From positions 1 through 55,942 of the forward strand of contig JACVGT010000038.1 in NCBI GenBank assembly GCA_018992685.1: a stretch of DNA of 55,942 nt, written 5' to 3'. The notes under the pieces were generated by a model. The model had not been told where the DNA came from. It was given only the letters and a program-made list of their open reading frames with translations, and ran no database searches. Of the stretch, positions 27,930-37,085 are shown piece by piece. The translations under genes and the position numbers were made by a program. Source of the DNA: Theionarchaea archaeon (lineage in GTDB: Archaea > Methanobacteriota_B > Thermococci > Methanofastidiosales > SZ-28-30). Numbering within the stretch: the stretch's first letter is position 1; each line of letters starts with the position of its first letter.

Positions 27930-29027
27930 TTACAGCATGGAGTGTGCCGGGATGGAGAAATCTTCCTGTTCAATAATGTCAGCAATCCTTTCTGAAACGT
28001 GGTTGTCCCAGAAGAGAGGTATCTCAAATCGCCACTGGTTTTCCACAGCATCTCTCAGCCCATTTCTTACCTTCTCCCTGTTCAATCCACACAGTCTGTT
28101 TGCCCCTGCTCTTACTGTTTCAATTCGTTCCGTTGTTTCCCTCAAAGTGAGGCAGGGGACTTTCAACACCAGCGCTTCTTCCTGGACGCCTCCAGAATCA
28201 GTCAGTACACCTGCAGCAGACGACAGCAGACCGATGAAATCCAGATACCCAAGAGCTTTGATCATCACGACATGTTCTGCTATCACGTCTTCAAGACCAC
28301 AACTGGTGATAGCTTCTCGTGTCCTGGGATGAGCAGGGAACACGACCGGCAGCGGAGCTTCTGAAAGCATCTCAAGAATGAGCTTCAGGTTCTCCCGTTC
28401 CACGTTGTGTGGTCTGTGAATGGTGGCCACAAAGTATTCTCTCTTTTTCAATCCCAGATTACCCATGACCTGGGAGTCTTTTGCCTGCTCAATGTTACCT
28501 AGAAGTGCCTCAATCATGATATTTCCCACAAAGTGAATAGATTCTCGCCTCATTCCTTCATTCATCAAGTTTAACACTGCATTCTCAGTGGGTGCAAACA
28601 AGAGCTGTGATATACGGTCCACCAGCACACGGTTAATCTCTTCAGGCATGTGCATATCGAAACTCCTGTATCCTGCCTCCACGTGGGCCACCGGTATTCC
28701 CAGCTTCACCGAAGCAATGGCAGCAGCCAGTGTGGAATTCACGTCACCCACAACGAGTGTGAGATCAGGGCTCTCCTCCAGAAGCTCTTTCTCCAGCTCA
28801 GCCATCATCCTTCCTGTCTGAACACCATGGGTCCCTGAGCCCACTCCCAGATGCTTGTCTGGGCTGGGCAGAGCCAGATCTTTGAAGAACACACTGGACA
28901 TATTGTAGTCGTAGTGCTGGCCAGTGTGAACCAGTACGTGGGTAGCCCCCCTCTTTTCAAACTGCTGGGCCAAAGGCGCCATCTTCACAAAGTTGGGTCG
29001 CGCCCCAACGACGCTCAAGATTTTCAT
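27930..29027 (-). CDS. wecB: UDP-N-acetylglucosamine 2-epimerase
   Basis: VGARPNFVK, HTGQHYD, HVEAG, TDSGGVQEEA. Confidence 0.93.
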   Translation of the reverse strand: MKILSVVGARPNFVKMAPLAQQFEKRGATHVLVHTGQHYDYNMSSVFFKDLALPSPDKHLGVGSGTHGVQTGRMMAELEKELLEESPDLTLVVGDVNSTLAAAIASVKLGIPVAHVEAGYRSFDMHMPEEINRVLVDRISQLLFAPTENAVLNLMNEGMRRESIHFVGNIMIEALLGNIEQAKDSQVMGNLGLKKREYFVATIHRPHNVERENLKLILEMLSEAPLPVVFPAHPRTREAITSCGLEDVIAEHVVMIKALGYLDFIGLLSSAAGVLTDSGGVQEEALVLKVPCLTLRETTERIETVRAGANRLCGLNREKVRNGLRDAVENQWRFEIPLFWDNHVSERIADIIEQEDFSIPAHSML

Positions 29028-30307
29028 GTGTTCACCTTCCCAATTCCATAATAATGGAATCCCTCTGGGTTATCAAAAACGTTCTTTCCGTCCACCATGA
29101 TGGGTGTTCTCATAACCCTCTTCAAGTGATCGAGGTCTATCTCCTTGAACACGGTATGATCCACGGTAAACACCACACAATCAGCATCCCTTGCTGCATC
29201 CTCCAGGGATAACCCTTTCATCACGCCATACCTGGTACGGATTTCCTTAACAAAAGGATCATGAAATACCACCTCAATCCTGTACTCCTCCAGTAACTCA
29301 ATCAACCTGAGGGCGGGGGATTCCCGTACATCAGAAATATTCTTTTTGTATGCTACCCCAAATACAGCTACCTTCGCCTCTTCCACCCTTCTTCTCCCTT
29401 TCAGGGCATTTAAAATCATGTAGAACGCGTGCATGGACATGTAATCGTTGATTTCTCCACTCAGTTCAATGAATTTAGCGAAATGTCCCACCTTCTTGGC
29501 TTTCCAGGACAGATAGTACGGATCAACTGGTATGCAATGGCCACCCACCCCAATTCCCGGATAGTGAGGCATGAAAGAACTGGGCTTCTTTGAAGAAGCA
29601 GCTTCAATGACTTCCCACACGTTGATCCCCAAAGATTCAAAGATGATGGATATTTCATTGATTAAGGCAATGTTGGCTGCCCTGAACACATTTTCCAGAA
29701 TCTTTGAAGCTTCTGCTGTCTTCAGATTTCTCACTGGGACAATCTCCTTAATGACTGTTGAGTAGAGGTTCACTGTCCTCTTCAGATCGTTCTCAGTCAG
29801 GGCACCTATGACTTTTGGCGTATTCTCCAGTCTGTAGTCTGGGTTTCCAGGATCAATGCGCTCAGGACTGAAGGCGACTCCAAAGTCCACACCTGCTTTC
29901 AGTCCCGATTTTTCCAGTATAGGGATCATGACTTCTTCTGAAGTCCCAGGATACGTCGTACTCTCCAGAACGACGATTTGTTCTTTTCTGAGGTGGGCAC
30001 AGACTGTTTCACACGCGGATTCGACATAGGATAGATCAGGGCATTTCTTCTCATCAATAGGCGTTGGAACACAGATTACAATGAATTCTGATTTTCCGAT
30101 GCATGCTGGATCGTCAGTGGGAAAGAAGGTTTTTCCCAACACTTCTTTCAACTCCTCATCTGATATGTCTTCCACGTAAGAGGTCCCTTCAGTGAGCAGG
30201 GAAATTCGTTCTTTGCTGACATCAAAGCCGTATACCGTATGGTGCTCAGCAAATGCGATGCAAAAAGGAAGTCCCACGTATCCCAGTCCTATGACGCACA
30301 CATTCAT
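29024..30307 (-). CDS. Nucleotide-sugar dehydrogenase (WecC/WbpA family)
   Basis: GLGYVG, ESTTYPG, SPERIDPG, GGHCIPVDP. Confidence 0.92.
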   Translation of the reverse strand: MNVCVIGLGYVGLPFCIAFAEHHTVYGFDVSKERISLLTEGTSYVEDISDEELKEVLGKTFFPTDDPACIGKSEFIVICVPTPIDEKKCPDLSYVESACETVCAHLRKEQIVVLESTTYPGTSEEVMIPILEKSGLKAGVDFGVAFSPERIDPGNPDYRLENTPKVIGALTENDLKRTVNLYSTVIKEIVPVRNLKTAEASKILENVFRAANIALINEISIIFESLGINVWEVIEAASSKKPSSFMPHYPGIGVGGHCIPVDPYYLSWKAKKVGHFAKFIELSGEINDYMSMHAFYMILNALKGRRRVEEAKVAVFGVAYKKNISDVRESPALRLIELLEEYRIEVVFHDPFVKEIRTRYGVMKGLSLEDAARDADCVVFTVDHTVFKEIDLDHLKRVMRTPIMVDGKNVFDNPEGFHYYGIGKVNT

Positions 30308-30631
30308 GACACTATTCTGCAGGATTATCCTTTTTAATGTTGCTGTTAAACGATTATCTAACCGTTCAGAAAACAGGCCACTTGGTTAAAAAAAGAGAAA
30401 TAATCCATGGCAATACTTCAAAATCTTTTCTTTTGATTCGCGCCGTTGTAATATTCCCCGAAGGTTTCTTTCCTTGAACAATATCGGATTCAAAGGTTCT
30501 TGAGAGGGATGAAGAAAGAACGTGGATGAACCATACACTTGTTGGAGATATTGGGTAGGATCAGTGAGAATCCGTTTCTCAATCGTTATAGTGGTAAGTG
30601 AATAGAAAAGCCTTAAAAAGGTGAACGTTGT

Positions 30632-30949
30632 ATGAAATCCGGTGGTATTGTGCAAGAAATAAAGAAAGTAGATATTCTGTCATTTGCCAAGATAGAAGGT
30701 GCCATGGGTGCAGTGATCGGATTCATCGCTGGACTGATAATGGCAGTTGTAGGATTGGCTGCTTTTGGGTTTGCAGATATGGCAGGAGCAGTCATGCCCA
30801 GGGGAGCCAGCGCCTTCTTTGGTGTAGCAGCCATCATAGTTTTGCCAATTGTATATGCCATTCTGGGCTTCATAGGCGGGCTCATCATGGCATTCATCTA
30901 CAACGTGGTGGCAGGATGGATTGGTGGAATCAAGGTTGAATTGGTTTGA
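30632..30949 (+). CDS. Small membrane protein (DUF3566-like)
   Basis: IKKVDILSFAK..IYNVVAGWIGGIKVEL, followed by a T-rich tract. Confidence 0.75.
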   Translation: MKSGGIVQEIKKVDILSFAKIEGAMGAVIGFIAGLIMAVVGLAAFGFADMAGAVMPRGASAFFGVAAIIVLPIVYAILGFIGGLIMAFIYNVVAGWIGGIKVELV

Positions 30950-30974
30950 TTCTTTCTTTTTTCTTTTTTCTTTC
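30950..30974 (+). terminator. Oligo-T archaeal terminator
   Basis: TTCTTTCTTTTTTCTTTTTTCTTT immediately after the stop codon. Confidence 0.55.
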
Positions 30975-31254
30975 CTTCAATGAATGACGTTTTCTCCACA
31001 ATAGGAGTTCACTACTAGAATGACGTCATAAGCTTGAGGATATCTTGGAGTCCATGGGAAAGCCCTCCTCAAATTGCATTGATTCTGATAAATGAATAAG
31101 AGAATGGGTCTACACCCCATGAATAATGAATCACAGGTTCAGAATTCATTATAGTCAGAGGCAAGATTTACCCAACAAAAGAAGAGCCTGAAAGAATAAG
31201 AAAGACAACTCAAAATGAAAAATGAGTATCACGACTCTATTGCTGCATGTGTGT

Positions 31255-31737
31255 CTAGATCCCCTTCAGATTCTTGATATTCTTGGCAAACTGTTCCACA
31301 CCTGCTGAATAACTGTCATTTTTCACTTCTTTTCCACTGAAACTCAACAGACACACAGGTTTCTTTCCACAGAGAGCCTCCATTTCGTTGAATTCATCCT
31401 GGACATTCTCTCCTCCGTGCACGGAGAAGAAAGCCACCTTGTTGAGATCGTCCCTGTACTGATGAACAAAAGTTCTCACCGGAACTGATGCTGTACCTGC
31501 CCACACGGGGGTCCCAATGACCACAAGGTCGTATCCTGAAACATCTCTCTTGAGAGGTTCGATCTTCGTAAACACTTTCTTCTTGTTCTGATAGCCAGAG
31601 CGCAGCCATCCTATGGGTCCAGATCGTCTGACTGTATCGATGATTTCCTCTCTATCACAGGTAAGCATGTCCGCAATGGTTTCTCCCACTCTTCTTGTGT
31701 GTCCTGATCTTGAATAGTAGACAACGAGTATTTTCAT
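31255..31737 (-). CDS. Flavodoxin-like protein
   Basis: ILVVYYSRSGHT, YDLVVIGTPVW. Confidence 0.88.
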   Translation of the reverse strand: MKILVVYYSRSGHTRRVGETIADMLTCDREEIIDTVRRSGPIGWLRSGYQNKKKVFTKIEPLKRDVSGYDLVVIGTPVWAGTASVPVRTFVHQYRDDLNKVAFFSVHGGENVQDEFNEMEALCGKKPVCLLSFSGKEVKNDSYSAGVEQFAKNIKNLKGI

Positions 31738-32190
31738 AGTATCACATTCTAGGCTTTTCTCAATCATATATATACTATCCCTTTCTAGGACAACCCTGAT
31801 TTGATGAAATCTGAACAGAAACCGTCAAACTATTTCATGCGCCCGGAAGGTTTGAAGAAGTTCTTCCCCAAGTTCTTCCTCAACGATGGAAGAAGATCGG
31901 GGATATCAAACTTAATAATATTCTTTTCTGCCGGAGATTCCAAACAACTCTCTTTTTCGATTTACGGTGGATAATTAAACCCTGACATTGAAGACAGAAA
32001 AACCTACTTGGGTTCTGTGAAGTAATTGTCTATTCTTACGGGAATCTCCAGTTCATTCGCACGTCAGTCCACCAAGGAAACGAAACCTTTATATTGCCAC
32101 AGAGATTACACAGTGGTAATGACTGACACAAGTGGTTGCTTTTTACACTAGAAAACCCTGTTTCTGTAGTGCCAACTTTAAGGTGATATC

Positions 32191-34998
32191 ATGAATTCTT
32201 CAATGGAGACTAAATGGCAGAAGCGGTGGGAGGATGCGGGTGTTTTTGAAGCAGTGCCGTCTGAGAAACAAGCTTTTTTTGTCAATGTTCCCTACCCGTA
32301 TATGAATGGGTTTTTCCACCTGGGAAGGTCCTTTACCTTCTTGAGGGCAGATGTTGTTGCTCGTTTCAAGAGGATGGAAGGCTATAACGCTCTATTTCCC
32401 TTTGCATTTCACTGTACAGGAACCCCCATCGTGGCTGCGGCCCAGAGAGTAGCAGAAGAAGAAGAGAAGCAAATACAGATCCTCAAAGAGATGGGTATTC
32501 CAGAGGAGATCATCCCTGAGTTTTCAGATCCTGTATACTGGACTGAATACTTTCCCGAAGAGGGTAAGAAAGACCTCAAGCGCCTGGGAATGGGTGTTGA
32601 TTGGAGGAGAACCTTCAAAACCACCTCTTTGAACCCACATTACGACGCGTTTGTCCAGTGGCAGTTCCGCAGGTTGAAGGACATGGACCTGGTAGGCCTG
32701 GGGGAGCACCCCGTCATCTGGTGCACCAAGTGTAAGTCCCCCGTGGGTGACCATGCCCGACTGGAAGGAGAAGGGGAAACCCCCCAGGAGTTTACCCTGC
32801 TGAAATTCAGATTCAATGACTCCTACCTCATGGCAGCCTCTCTACGACCAGAAACTGTCTTTGGCCAGACCAATATGTGGGTGGACCCCGATTTAGAATA
32901 TGTCAAAGCAAAGGTCAATGGTGAGACCTGGATTGTATCCCGACCCTGTGCAGAAAAATTGTCACATCAGAACAAGGCAGTTGAAATCCTGGACACCATA
33001 AAGGGTGAGGAATTACTTGGGAAGACCTGTATTGCCCCAGGAATAGACAGGGAGATCTTGATATTACCTTCTGGCTTCTGCGATCCCAACAAGGGGACAG
33101 GTCTCGTGACTTCTGTCCCATCAGATGCTCCCGATGACTGGATGGGCCTCTATGATCTCCAGGAAGACCCAGAATTGTGCACGAAATATGGGTTGGACAT
33201 AGAACACGTGAGAAGGGTGCAGCCCATAGCGATTATCACCTCAAAGGGATGGGGAGACTTCCCCGCAGTAGAGATCTGCAAGAAAATGCACATTGAAAGC
33301 CAGTACGACAGGGAGAACCTGGAAAAGGCAAAGAAAGAGATCTACAAGTCTGGCTTTTACACGGGAAGAATGAATAAGAACTGCGGGAAGTATGCCGGCA
33401 TGAAGGTGGAAGAAGCCAAAGACTTGATCAGACAGGAACTCATAGATGGGGGGAAGGCAGACATCATGTACGAACCTTCTGGTCATGTGGTATGCAGGTG
33501 CCTGACGCCTAGTATTGTGAAGATTGTTAAGAACCAGTGGTTCATCAAGTATGGGGATTCTCTCTGGAAGGAGAAAGCTCACCGGGCCGTGGAAAAGATG
33601 GAATACTACCCGGAGACCGTGAGAAAACAGTTTCACTATGTGGTGGACTGGCTCAATGACTGGGCCTGCACCCGAGAGTTTGGACTTGGAACCAGGCTCC
33701 CCTGGGATCAGAAATGGGTCATTGAATCTCTCAGTGATTCTACCATATACATGGCTTTCTACACGTTCTATCAGTTGATCAAGGACGTCGACCCGGACAC
33801 GATAACTGATGAGGTCTTTGACTACCTCCTGCTGGGAAAGGGTGATCCAAACTCCATTGCCGAAAGGACAGGAATCTCCATTGATATCCTGAGAAAATCG
33901 AAGGAGGAATTCGACTACTGGTACCCCTTCGATGTCAGAACCAGTGGTAAGGATCTGGTGCAGAATCACATGACTTTCTGCATCTTCAACCACGTAGCCC
34001 TCTTTCCTGAAGAGAAATGGCCCCTTGGGTTTGCAGTCAATGGGTGGGTGATGCTGGATATGCAGAAAATGAGTACGTCCAGAGGAATCTCCCTGTTCCT
34101 GCGAGAAGCCATGGACAAGTACGGAGCAGATACCACGAGGATCACCTTGATGTATGGTGGAGAGGGAATAGATGACTCCAACTGGGATACGCAGTTTGCT
34201 GATACAATTGGATCAAAGCTGGAAGCATGGCAGGATTTTGCAGTGGAAACCTACAGAACAGGGAGAAAAGATATAAAATACATTGACCGCTGGTTTGAAT
34301 CAGTGGTCAACGCCACTCTGGTGGATGTGACTGAAGCCTACCGTCAGATGAATTTCAGGACAGCTCTCCAGAAGGGATTCTTTGACATGCAGCGTTACCT
34401 GAGATGGTATCTGAGACGATGTGACGAACCCAATAACCAGGTGATTTCAGACTTTATCGAAATACAAACCAAGGTACTGGCCCCCATTGTTCCCCATGTA
34501 TGTGAAGAGATCTGGGAGAATCTGCACAAGGAAGGGTTCATCTCGCTGGCTGAATGGTGCTTCCCGAATCACGAGAAGATTGATCATGCAGTCATACAGG
34601 TTGAAGAGTTTGTAGAGCAGGTCATTGATGATCTCCAGGAGATCGTGAGGGTAGCCAAGATCGAGAATGCTCAGAAGGCATACCTCTACACCGCAGAAGA
34701 TTGGAAATGGGAAGTTGTTAATCTGGTGAGAAACGAGCGCGACGTAAAATCTGCTATGCAGAAAGCCATGCAGTCAGAGCTTGTGAGACAACACGGGAAA
34801 GAAGCTGCCAAGTTCATTCCCAAAGTCGTGCAGGAAAGGATCTTTCCGCAACAGATCAATGAGGAAGACGTTTTGCAGGAAGCAGAAGACTTTATTTCTT
34901 GCGAAGTTGGCCTGAAGATGGAGATCAACCCCGAGTATGATCCTCAAAACAAGAAAAAAGCAGCAATGCCGGGAAAGCCAGGAATCTATATTGAGTGA
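32191..34998 (+). CDS. leuS: Leucine--tRNA ligase, archaeal type
   Basis: PYPYMNGFFHLGR, CP1 editing region (LRPET, GTGLVTSVPSDAPDD), SGKDLVQNH, KMSTS, C-terminal AMPGKPGIYIE. Confidence 0.93.
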   Translation: MNSSMETKWQKRWEDAGVFEAVPSEKQAFFVNVPYPYMNGFFHLGRSFTFLRADVVARFKRMEGYNALFPFAFHCTGTPIVAAAQRVAEEEEKQIQILKEMGIPEEIIPEFSDPVYWTEYFPEEGKKDLKRLGMGVDWRRTFKTTSLNPHYDAFVQWQFRRLKDMDLVGLGEHPVIWCTKCKSPVGDHARLEGEGETPQEFTLLKFRFNDSYLMAASLRPETVFGQTNMWVDPDLEYVKAKVNGETWIVSRPCAEKLSHQNKAVEILDTIKGEELLGKTCIAPGIDREILILPSGFCDPNKGTGLVTSVPSDAPDDWMGLYDLQEDPELCTKYGLDIEHVRRVQPIAIITSKGWGDFPAVEICKKMHIESQYDRENLEKAKKEIYKSGFYTGRMNKNCGKYAGMKVEEAKDLIRQELIDGGKADIMYEPSGHVVCRCLTPSIVKIVKNQWFIKYGDSLWKEKAHRAVEKMEYYPETVRKQFHYVVDWLNDWACTREFGLGTRLPWDQKWVIESLSDSTIYMAFYTFYQLIKDVDPDTITDEVFDYLLLGKGDPNSIAERTGISIDILRKSKEEFDYWYPFDVRTSGKDLVQNHMTFCIFNHVALFPEEKWPLGFAVNGWVMLDMQKMSTSRGISLFLREAMDKYGADTTRITLMYGGEGIDDSNWDTQFADTIGSKLEAWQDFAVETYRTGRKDIKYIDRWFESVVNATLVDVTEAYRQMNFRTALQKGFFDMQRYLRWYLRRCDEPNNQVISDFIEIQTKVLAPIVPHVCEEIWENLHKEGFISLAEWCFPNHEKIDHAVIQVEEFVEQVIDDLQEIVRVAKIENAQKAYLYTAEDWKWEVVNLVRNERDVKSAMQKAMQSELVRQHGKEAAKFIPKVVQERIFPQQINEEDVLQEAEDFISCEVGLKMEINPEYDPQNKKKAAMPGKPGIYIE

Positions 34999-35151
34999 CT
35001 TTTTTCTTTCTCATTCTTTTTCACGAGTTCGTTCTGCTGCAGCACCGGAGCTCCCACAGCCTTAACCCTCCTCATTCTTGCACATTTCACGAAGCGTTTT
35101 CACACTTTTCTGCATTCACTTCCTTTTCGTCCTTAAAGATACTATTACAAT

Positions 35152-35189
35152 CGAAAGATTTATATAGTAGTGTTAATCAATATTGATTA
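35152..35189 (+). promoter_or_regulatory. BRE/TATA promoter with a 16-bp palindrome
   Basis: CGAAAG-A-TTTATATA followed by the perfect palindrome TAATCAATATTGATTA (35174-35189), which overlaps the ATG. Confidence 0.6.
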
Positions 35190-35341
35190 TGAAAAACATC
35201 GACGACATCATTAAGCTGATAAAAGAGGAAGCTACTGATGGATTTTCCGACAGGGCAGATCAGGAATTCTGCAAACTCCTGGACTATGGCTATGAGTTCA
35301 GAAAGGAATTCATGATAAAGCGAATGCAGCAGACCTCGTAG
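35189..35341 (+). CDS. 50-aa leaderless small protein
   Basis: MKNIDDIIKLIKEEATDGFSDRADQEFCKLLDYGYEFRKEFMIKRMQQTS, starting about 22 nt after the TATA box. Confidence 0.6.
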   Translation: MKNIDDIIKLIKEEATDGFSDRADQEFCKLLDYGYEFRKEFMIKRMQQTS

Positions 35342-35356
35342 ACCAGTTCAGGAATT

Positions 35357-35743
35357 TCACAGGATTACGATCCTCCCTTTCCTTTTCGATTCTTTCAGTG
35401 CTTTTTTCGCCAGTGGAAAATCTTTCAGTGCTTTTACAGGGACATCTGCTGTTATGTGTGCAATTCCCACACTGAGAGTCGTTTCACTGATGGTCCTGAT
35501 TTCTTTTCTCATAGTCTCGAGATCCGTGATCATTCTTTCCATGTCTGGATGTGAGCAGTACATCTGGGCTTCTTCTGTTCCCCGTTCAAAATCCAATCCG
35601 TAGAGGATGGTTGCCTGGTGAGTTTTTGCAAAATCTGCCACAGCATGGCTCAAATACCGAGTCACAGGATTCGGGGAATATTCTGTCCATCCCATTTTCC
35701 GGGTGAGCTCACCAAACCTGTCAAGGTCAAGAGCAATGACCAC
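35357..35743 (-). CDS. Stand-alone GGDEF/nucleotidyl-cyclase-like domain protein
   Basis: LDLDRF, ERGTEE, LSVGIA and AKKALKESKRKGR occur in the same order as GGDEF-domain motifs. Confidence 0.65.
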   Translation of the reverse strand: MVIALDLDRFGELTRKMGWTEYSPNPVTRYLSHAVADFAKTHQATILYGLDFERGTEEAQMYCSHPDMERMITDLETMRKEIRTISETTLSVGIAHITADVPVKALKDFPLAKKALKESKRKGRIVIL

Positions 35744-35745
35744 TG

Positions 35746-36351
35746 CTATAGTCTCCCCTCCAGAAAAGGAATCTCGTCAAGAGGTGTCCACATCAGGCCA
35801 CGTTCACGTATTTGAGTGAATCCCATGTTCTGAGGGAGATGAGCGTCAGATCCCAGTGTCAAAGGCAGGTGAAGCCGCTGTGCGTCTTCATACAGCCACT
35901 GGGGAAGATAGACAAGGGCCTTTTCAGAGAGTTCCAGGGAAATATTTTCATCTTTGAATCGTTCCAGCTGGCAGGGTGAACATGAAGCCCCATATGCACA
36001 GGGGTGTGCAATAATGTCAATATGCTTCTGACGAGCCATCTCAAAAGCCTCCTCCAGGGTGTACCGCTGTCTGACATGAGCAAGAGAGTAATCAAAGTAC
36101 TTAGGAATCACAGTATTTGAGGGCACATGGATCTCTGCTCCATAGAATACAGGTATGTCTGCATGATCTTTCAGATATTCCACCTTCTCCCTGATTCTCT
36201 GTGTATTTTTTATGTCATAAGGATAGTGATCCACAAACCCCAGAGCTTCTAGTCCCAACAGTTCAGCCTGCAACATATAGCTGTCGATATACACAGAGTA
36301 ATCCTTTTTCCTGTGATCATGGCCAATGATATGGACGTGGAGATCATACAT
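35746..36351 (-). CDS. PHP-family phosphoesterase
   Basis: DLHVH, GFVDH, GAE, AHP, LGSDAH. Confidence 0.88.
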   Translation of the reverse strand: MYDLHVHIIGHDHRKKDYSVYIDSYMLQAELLGLEALGFVDHYPYDIKNTQRIREKVEYLKDHADIPVFYGAEIHVPSNTVIPKYFDYSLAHVRQRYTLEEAFEMARQKHIDIIAHPCAYGASCSPCQLERFKDENISLELSEKALVYLPQWLYEDAQRLHLPLTLGSDAHLPQNMGFTQIRERGLMWTPLDEIPFLEGRL

Positions 36352-36483
36352 GAGTCAGCGAGTGATCCCGCTTTTAAATTGCTTTCCCCTTTCTGTTACA
36401 GCTAATCATTACATTTTATCGTTGTGTGATTGTATTACTGAGTTCATTACTAGTAAAAACTGATGCTTTATTACCTGAGTCAC

Positions 36484-36520
36484 CGAAAGCTTTTTATAGT
36501 ATTGATCAGCAATATGATTA
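36484..36520 (+). promoter_or_regulatory. BRE/TATA promoter resembling 35152-35189
   Basis: CGAAAGCTTTTTATAGTATTGATCAGCAATATGATTA. Confidence 0.5.
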
Positions 36521-36541
36521 AGTGCGCGGAATTCAGATAAG

Positions 36542-37084
36542 GTGATCAACATCCTGATCGACGAGAAGGCTCAAGAAATCTTCTGGTTCTTGTGGAGGAA
36601 TACCAAGGAACCCTACACTATCAGGGAAATCGCCCGGGAGACTGAGGTTTCTTATGGGTCAACCTGGGCGATTCTTAGGGAATTCGAAACCCTGCAGCTG
36701 GTATATGGAATCGAAAAGCGGAGAGCGCATTTGTATGTCCTGAATTTTGATCACCCTTTGTGTTTCCACGTATGGTCCCTGTTGAATGCTCTCAAGCGGC
36801 AGAACCTCACCAGTCTAAAGGCACGGAAAAAGGTGGATGTGGCAGGAGATGAGTTCATTGTTCAGCTCAAGAGCAACGGCAGAGTGGAAACAATATGCTG
36901 TTCAGATACCAGGATAGAAGGGCTGGCAACAGTGAGCCACAAGGATTTCGTCAGGCTGTGCAATGAGAATAGAACATTCTACACAACTATATGGAATGAT
37001 GGTATCGTACTAGCAGGGGAAAGAGCATTCTATGATATGATGTGGAACTTGGCGGAAAAGAGAGTGATAGGGGTGGGGGGGTGA
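36542..37084 (+). CDS. wHTH DNA-binding protein
   Basis: YTIREIARETEVSYGSTWAILREFETLQLV..YVLNFDHP. Confidence 0.75.
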   Translation: MINILIDEKAQEIFWFLWRNTKEPYTIREIARETEVSYGSTWAILREFETLQLVYGIEKRRAHLYVLNFDHPLCFHVWSLLNALKRQNLTSLKARKKVDVAGDEFIVQLKSNGRVETICCSDTRIEGLATVSHKDFVRLCNENRTFYTTIWNDGIVLAGERAFYDMMWNLAEKRVIGVGG

Positions 37085-37085
37085 G

